From the human T2T-CHM13v2.0 reference genome, Homo sapiens, in assembly GCF_009914755.1 (NCBI RefSeq), contig NC_060937.1: 64,000 nt of DNA. One strand, given 5' to 3'. Positions within the stretch are counted from its first letter, which is position 1; every line of letters starts with the position of its first letter. The position numbers were made by a program, and so were the translations under genes. Below the pieces are notes generated by a model. That model did no database searches. It was not told the origin of the DNA and was given only the letters and a program-made list of their open reading frames with translations. This document shows, piece after piece, positions 56,689-64,000 of the stretch.

Positions 56689-57671
56689 AATACCTCTGTC
56701 AGAATCAAAGACTAAGCTTAAGAGTTCCTCGCATATATCGTTGTGCACAGGATCAACATGATGGTGACTGGGAAAAAATTACTTCAAGTAACATGCTTAG
56801 CTTTCCCTCCTTAATGTGAAAAATCAAGGGCTTACTGACATAGGAACAACAGAAATGCTCCTGGAACTTCAAGTTGCTGAATTATAAGTTTATTTTTTAT
56901 CAATAAATATTTTTATACTTACATTGAGTGATGTGTTTAACAACAAATTGTGACAGAGCTGAGTGCTCCTATCTTACAGGGTCAATGAACTACTTATTAA
57001 GCCTTACTGGTAGCACTGAATTTAGCAGTTCTGAGAACATGTGAAACTATGTTAAAACTGAAGGCACTATATATTTTTACATAAAAGCTTGAACATACAG
57101 ATGAATTATAACCTATGTGAAGAAATCTTAGATATAAAACTAACTTTTCAAAGATACAAAAGAAATTAAACAGGTTTCCTGAAATTTTAGTTCTTGGTCT
57201 GTTCACCTCTGTGGGGAAAATTCTTAGTTCCAGTGATAACTGTTCTAGTTACTACTTTTAAGTATGTAAATACTAGAAAGGTAGTACTAGTGACATCATC
57301 ACGTGTATTGTTATCTATGGGGCAAATGTGTGGTGCCCAGAATAAAATATACCTCATGCCTAGGGTAGGGACATCCTTTCCAGCTCAAACGTGGGTAGGG
57401 ATGTGGGAGAATAAGAATGTGGGAGAACCAAGAGAAAAAGTGGGGCTGGGAGAGTGGAGTTCCCGTAGGGCATAGGCCTGTGAAGTAACACTGGGGCAGA
57501 TATGTATGTTATATACAACTATTTTTTTAAAAAACTTATATCCATGTTGGGAGTAGATGGGTATATAACAGTTTGGAAATACTATCTTTGGAGAATGTAT
57601 TTTTGTATTTATAAATCAACTTTTAAAAACTGTCTCATTCAAAAGGGAATAATTCATATGTACCCTTAGGA

Positions 57672-57677
57672 AATAAA
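57672..57677 (+). terminator. BORA: Probable distal BORA poly(A) signal (others at 56902-56907 and 57341-57346)
   Basis: AATAAA followed by GT/T-rich sequence (TGTGTCATTTTCTTCTTT). Confidence 0.6.
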
Positions 57678-58045
57678 GACCTGTGTTATCAATGTGTCAT
57701 TTTCTTCTTTCCTCCATAACTGTACCTTGAAACCTTACTGCTGACCTGCAGAAAATGTGCCGCGTTATGTACCTGGCTCATCTTCAACACACTAACCATG
57801 AACACTAATAGCCATTAGGGGACATGGCTACAGATACTACATTGGAAAGTTGTCTTTAATCACACAGGTGTTAAACTCAATATAAATTTACCTAAAAACA
57901 ATTGCTATACCTAAAAGGAGTTCTGGGTACTAAGGGTAGAAGCCTCACTGGCTACAGTTTTTTAATAGTACAAAAGTCAAGAAATAACACAATAGTGACT
58001 ATAACCTGTATTCAAATCCCTACTCTGTCACTACTTGATCTGGGC

Positions 58046-58414
58046 TGATATGGTATGGCTCTGTGTCCTCACCCAAATCTAACCTTGAATTGTAGCAATC
58101 CCCACGTGTCAAGGGTGGGACCAGGTGGAGGTAACTGGATCATGGGGGCGGTTTCCTCCATGCTGTTCCCGTGATAGTGAGCCGGTCTCATGAGATCTGA
58201 AGGTTTTATAAGCGTCTGGCATTTCCACTGCTGGCAGTCATTTTCATCCTGCCGCCCTGTGAAAAAGGTGCCTGCTTCTCCTTTTTCTGCCATGATTGTA
58301 TAAGTGTCCTGAGGCCTCACCAGCAATGCGGAACTGAGTCCATTAAACCTCTTTCCTTTATAATAATTACCCAGTTTGGGGTATTTCTTCGTAGCAGTGT
58401 GAGAACAGACCATA
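58046..58414 (+). mobile_element. THE1-type MaLR solo LTR inserted in a MIR
   Basis: TGATATGGTATGGCTCTGTGTCCTCACCCAAATCT...TCTCATGAGATCTGA...CATTAAACCTCTTTCCTTTATAA...GCAGTGTGAGAACAGAC. Confidence 0.9.
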
Positions 58415-58741
58415 AACCTCCATTTTCTCATCTGTTAAATGGAGATAACAGTCCTGGCTTAACAGGGCTTTTTGAGTTAAGTGATATATTCCACGTAACC
58501 TGCTTAGCATAAGAACTGGCACTAGAAACAGAACATTTTAGATTATGGAATAGAACTTAGGGGAAAATAGCAAAGTCTCTGATCATCTTGAACTACTCAA
58601 TTGGGACTTATCCCTGAATTAAACCTTTCTAGTAGCTGAAGCACAAGAAAATAAACTTGGAAAGAAAAAACCTAAGGCCAGTCATGCACTGCCCTACTTC
58701 CCTTTCTTCTCTATTGCAGGTTAACTATGGCCTGTAGGCAG

Positions 58742-59226
<485 letters not shown>

Positions 59227-59298
59227 CAAACTTTTTTAAATGGTTGGCGGGGGTGGGGGAAATCAAATGAGTAATGTTTTGTGACACATCAAAATTAT

Positions 59299-59870
59299 AA
59301 TGACGTGCTGCATAACTTTTGGTCAACAATGGCCAAATATACGATGATGATCCCGTAAGATTACAATGGAGCTGAAAAATTCCTATTGCCTGGGGACACA
59401 GCCATGGTAACATCATAGTGAAATTACTTTATGTAGCCTAAGTATATAGTGTTTATAAAAGTCTACAGTAGTGCACAGTAATATCATGGCCTTCACATTC
59501 ACTAACCACTTACTGACTCACCCAGAGCCAGCTTCCAGTCCTGCCAACTTGTTCATGGTAAATGTCCTAAATAGGTGTACCATTTTATATCTTATATATA
59601 TCTATATATATATTTTTACTGTACCTTTTCTATGTTTAGATATGTTTAGATACACAAATACTTAGCACTGTGTTACAACTGCCTACAGTAATCAGTACAG
59701 TAATATGCCATACAGGTTTGTAGGTTAGGAGCAATAGGCTATCCCATATAGGATACCATAGGGTATACCATCTAGGTTTGTGTAACTACATCATGATTTT
59801 CACACAATGATGAAATTGCCAAGTGACATGTCTCAGAACATATCCCTGTCATTAAGTGACATATGACTAT
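59299..59870. mobile_element. Tigger3b-like DNA transposon
   Basis: TGCATAAC...GGTCAACAATGG...CCCGTAAGATTACAATGGAGCTGAAAAATTCCTATTGCC...TCTCAGAACATATCCCTGTCATTAAGTGACATATGACT. Confidence 0.78.
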
Positions 59871-61291
59871 ATATGAAACTTAACAAATCAGGCCTTGTTG
59901 AAACACAGTCATGTTGATTTGTTTACATATTGTATATGGCTCCTTACACACTATCAACGGCAGAGTTGTGTACTATAGTTGCAATACAGACCATAGCCAA
60001 CAAAGTCTAAAATGTTCTAGCACTTCACAGAAAAGGCTTTTTGACTCCTACTCTACTGTTTCAGTGTCACTGACCCATTTTACCTGGACCAAAGACTACT
60101 CAAGTCTATTTTCCTCCAACTGACACAAGTTTCTGCCTCAGTGTATGGAGGTTTTCCTCAGTAATAGGAAACTGGAAAAATTAGTCAACATTTATTGAGT
60201 GCCTAAATGACTACCTATTTAGTATACCTGCTGATTTACTTGGCAGGCTTTTCTCACTATACTGCAAGCTCCTTGAAGGCAGAGATAGTTTACTTGAGTG
60301 GAACCTGGCACAACGTAAGTGCTTTAGAAATTGAATAAGCCAAGTAAAATGTTTTAAGGCAACCCTATCCCAAAATATTCCTGAAGATATTAATTTAATC
60401 ATTACTAATCTCTGTGATTAGCAAGGGAAGTAGTCAGTCTGGCACACCAAATTTTATTAATAATACTTATTTTAATCTGTTCCCTTTAGTATGTCTTTAT
60501 ACAGTTCCCCTCGTGTATATACACTGATATAACTACAATTTAAAAGCCACTAATTATCTGTTTTTTATTTTGTAAGTAACAAGATATAGACATTTGAATG
60601 CCAATGTCTTATTCTGGAGAGACACTGGAGCTGAAGTTCAACAATGATCACACTTATTACCTGGCAATAAAAACACAACCATCTTTCCAGTCAGGTCAAA
60701 ATATCCTACTTTTTGCCTTTCTACCAATTCCCAAACATTCACAGTTTTTCAAGGACCACTAATAAAATACAGGAAGCTTTTAAAGACAGTAAGAGAACAC
60801 CTAGTGTAAGTTAGGTGAATTAAAGATGGCAAAGGAGATTACATCCTCAACACTGACAGCTTCCAAGACTTAGAAAAGAGATTGTTCCTTGCTTCTAAAA
60901 TTGTTCTATTTTCCTCTGTAGGAAAATGAAAGTTTTTTCTTACAAATATTAAATAATCAAAGTACTTACGCAAAATTAATCTGCTCCTCAATGAGATGAG
61001 CACTCCATTTAAATGATCTTTACAGATCCCTGAAGTTGCTGTCCTGTCACTGTATTTAAGTGATGGATATTCAATTGAATTATTCTGCATAAATAATTCT
61101 GTTCAACCCAGAAGTATAGTAGTATGATGGGTCAGATACAGTCAACTGTTCAATAAAAATGCAGATGTCTGAAATTATTAAAATGTACTTAAAAGTAACA
61201 AACTGTATCACACACTTAGGCTTAGAAGTGTTCTTTCAAGTTTTTTCTTTTAAAAAAGAAACCAGTCTTTGAAGATTTTTGTTGAATATAG

Positions 61292-61375
61292 CTATTTTCC
61301 AAGCTTCATCTTCTTTTTCTTTGGTCCATTAAGGTCCATGTTTGAAGTATCAGTAGGAATGCTTATTCCTGGTAT
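61292..61375 (-). CDS. DIS3: DIS3 (exosome catalytic ribonuclease RRP44) last exon (IPGISIPTDTSNMDLNGPKKKKMKLGK*, basic NLS-like C-terminus)
   Basis: TTTAG acceptor at 61376-61377; 84 nt; TAG at 61292-61294. Confidence 0.96.
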   Translation of the reverse strand: MPGISIPTDTSNMDLNGPKKKKMKLGK

Positions 61376-62025
61376 CTAAAGTAATGCAAATGGGGGGAAA
61401 TAAGGTGATTTAAAGGATAGAATACATCTCAACCTCATCCTCCCCTTCCCCACTGCCAGCTTCAAATTTAAAAGGATGTAGTGGTAGGGAGGGGAAAGGG
61501 GGCTAATTAAAGGTTTTATACACAGAAGGTATTTTACAAAGTAGCAGTGGTTCAAAAATGTAAAAGCTAGACATGGTCTCAACAGGTGAGAAGCATGTCA
61601 TTTAGGAAGTGTTCTTTTTAACTACAAAACAGCCTTCCCAATGGGGAGCCACTGTGATTGACAGAATCAGAGTTGATTTCAAGTGTGTTGGGGAAGGACA
61701 AAAGTTAAGAACCAGTATCTTAGGTGAAACACCTACACTTCATCTTCAAAATGCAGAGTTCAAAACTTCTAGATAGAAAAGACTAGGCAGGAGAATGGAA
61801 GACCTTTTTATTTTAGCACCAAAGACCTGAACAGAATCTCAGATGTCTAGAATCCCGTGGCCTAAAGAAATCAGTGAGAAAACAGGATTTGCTATGCAAA
61901 TATTTGGTTTCTACACTACTTACAGGGTTCCCTCTAACATTAAACAGAAATAACTACGTCCCTTCTTTGACAAAATATGTACTGTTTGTTCCATCACAAC
62001 AAGGAAATTTTAAGTTTGGCCTTAC

Positions 62026-62148
62026 CTGTGGTTCTACCAGGGACATTCGGATCTTCTGATGTTGAAGATTAGATGAGTCTAACATGATTTTCACTTTAAC
62101 TTTATCAAATACATGGAACACTGTATCTTCTATTTTAAGTGAGGGTAT
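62026..62148 (-). CDS. DIS3: DIS3 penultimate exon (S1 domain part)
   Basis: IPSLKIEDTVFHVFDKVKVKIMLDSSNLQHQKIRMSLVEPQ; TAG acceptor, CAG|GTAAGG donor; 123 nt. Confidence 0.96.
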
Positions 62149-62859
62149 CTAAACAAAACACATTTTATCATTCTTAATTGCTTCCTTACATTTGAGGCTT
62201 TGTTCTAATCCTTTACAATTTATCTTACATAGTAGAAGTTTAAATATAAAAATTAGTAAGCATCTACGTGTTCAACATAACAAAGGCCACAAACCTAGTA
62301 GTCTCATATAAATATGACCTACTTATGTGCTTACTTTCTCCTTCATTAAGGTATTTCTAATATATATGTTCATTAAATTATTGGTGATTAATTAATCACC
62401 CCACTAATAAATAGGAAATTTTTAGTCTAGTAGAGGAACACAAAGGTATTTTGGCCAGTTTATTGTTCAAATATTCTCTCAGGGCTGTGGTTCTCCTAAG
62501 GAGAATAGGGAGTATGTGTGTCAAATAAGAAACACTAGAAGTAAGTTTAAAAAAAAAGTTCCTTCCCCGAGTTATAAAGAGTCATTTATTGTTCCATGTA
62601 GGGCAAAACTTTACATGGTATAAAAGAAAGAAATCAAAGACAACAATTGCATATGAGAAGACATATAGTGGTGAGAAATTGTGAGTAAAACCATAGTTTA
62701 GTTGGCAAAATTAAATGTAGATTTTCTGGCATGTATTTGGAGATCAGGATAAATTCTTCAGGGTACAAAAAATAATTTTATGCTTTATAGGTACCATTTA
62801 TGAACTCTCAAAGAAAAAGTGCCCCCCGGAAAAGAAAACAAACATGAGAAATACCGTAC

Positions 62860-63018
62860 CTCATCATCATAAATAAGCTGTGGGTTTGGTTTGTCCTTTT
62901 CTTCAAAAAAGACTGTCCCTTCTAAACCATACTTTGGAATTAATACCACAATGGCATTCTTTCTTACAAATAAAATATAGGCTTCTTCACTTACTATTCC
63001 TTTGCTTTTGAAGAATAA
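62860..63018 (-). CDS. DIS3: DIS3 exon (S1 domain start)
   Basis: LFFKSKGIVSEEAYILFVRKNAIVVLIPKYGLEG...YDDE; CAG acceptor, GAG|GTACGG donor; 159 nt. Confidence 0.97.
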
Positions 63019-63142
63019 CTGTAAAATAACATACAACTTATTTAAATTGTCTTAAAAATTTTTAAATAAACAAAAAATTGAAATTAAATTAAAAATGAAC
63101 AAAACTTCATTTTTTCTAGCAGTATCGACAAAAGGCAAATAC

Positions 63143-63311
63143 CTGGGTATGAAAAGCCACTGATGCACGTTGGGCATATTGAGCCATTTTGTGCCGGAAA
63201 TTTAGATTTTTACATATATCTGCAAGCTTGTGTTTGTCTGTCAACTCTGGATAAGTACAGTCAGCCCCAATAGCCACAGCCAAAAGCCGATGAACAATGA
63301 CATCTGCGTAT
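63143..63311 (-). CDS. DIS3: DIS3 exon (end of RNB domain)
   Basis: R-YADVIVHRLLAVAIGAD...AQRASVAFHTQ; TAG acceptor, CAG|GTATTT donor; 169 nt, phase 2 to 0. Confidence 0.97.
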
Positions 63312-63419
63312 CTAGATAGATGGAAAAATAAGAACCATGGTATGTCAGTACTAATATGTGCTTTTAAAATTCAAAATTAACCATTTTCTATCTCCTTTAA
63401 TTTCATAAGGAAAAAATAC

Positions 63420-63634
63420 CTTCTAATGGGTGAAGTAAAATGTGTGTATATTGGAGACGCTAAGCCATAGTGATGAAAATCATTATCCATTCCAGAACAG
63501 AAGTACACAGCTTGCATCATACAGCGAGTGGCTAATATTCTCAACAGAGTGTTTAGATATGGAAAAGTAGGAGATTCGGCCTGATCCAAAGACTCAGCCA
63601 AAGACTTGGCTGTATCAGTCTTAATTTCCAAATT
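63420..63634 (-). CDS. DIS3: DIS3 exon (RNB domain, HYGLASPIYTHFTSPIRRY motif); upstream exons lie outside the window
   Basis: RNase II/R signature motif; CAG acceptor, AG|GTATTT donor; 215 nt, phase 0 to 2. Confidence 0.97.
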
Positions 63635-64000
63635 CTGTAAACAAAAAGGAGGGAAGAGCACCATATTAAACATTTCTAAGTCAGTACCATTATGTCTTCA
63701 AAATATAACTGATCTGACTGAACAAACATCATGTTTTTGTTATTTTCCTTCCCTTCAAAGTAGAAGTAGTAGCCAGAAACAAAACTGTACTGGTCACTAC
63801 AGTTCTGTCAGAACAATGTTCGGATTCATCAAATTTAGCTGCTTTGTTCTACCCTAGGGAGATGAGTCAAATATACATCTCTTCTCTTAGGTCTTTGGAA
63901 GAAATAAGACAATGAAGGAAAAAATCCCTATTTACAGATTAAGGCTTGGAGCAGAGGAGTGAGAAGCTGATTCAATTCCTATGAATCTGGAGAAGCTGGG

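Noticed and set aside
60513-60524. 12-bp palindrome GTGTATATACAC in the DIS3 3'UTR
   Set aside because: It contains a Pumilio-like octamer, but short AT-rich palindromes of this size are expected by chance in 64 kb.

Overview
Primate genomic DNA. The proteins match what I recall of the human 13q21.33-q22.1 MZT1-BORA-DIS3 cluster. The window holds the complete MZT1 gene (minus strand, 3 coding exons, 82 aa) and the complete BORA gene (plus strand, exon 1 plus 11 coding exons, 559 aa). These two genes share a CpG-island bidirectional promoter. The last five exons and 3'UTR of DIS3 (minus strand) converge on BORA. I placed all exon boundaries by hand from GT/AG sites and checked phase continuity. 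The rest is dominated by interspersed repeats (Alu, L1, L2/MIR, MaLR/ERVL LTRs, Tigger/hAT/piggyBac MITEs), an RPL21 processed pseudogene and a TSD-flanked U6 snRNA-L1 chimeric retrogene. Most ORFs in the supplied track are repeat-derived. I found no convincing evidence of a wholly new biological system. The best leads are regulatory: an 87-bp tandem duplication at an MZT1 poly(A) site, candidate poison exons in MZT1 and BORA, two upstream ATGs in BORA exon 1, and back-to-back poly(A) signals with possible BORA/DIS3 antisense overlap. Repeat subfamily names are from memory of consensus sequences and need RepeatMasker/Dfam confirmation.
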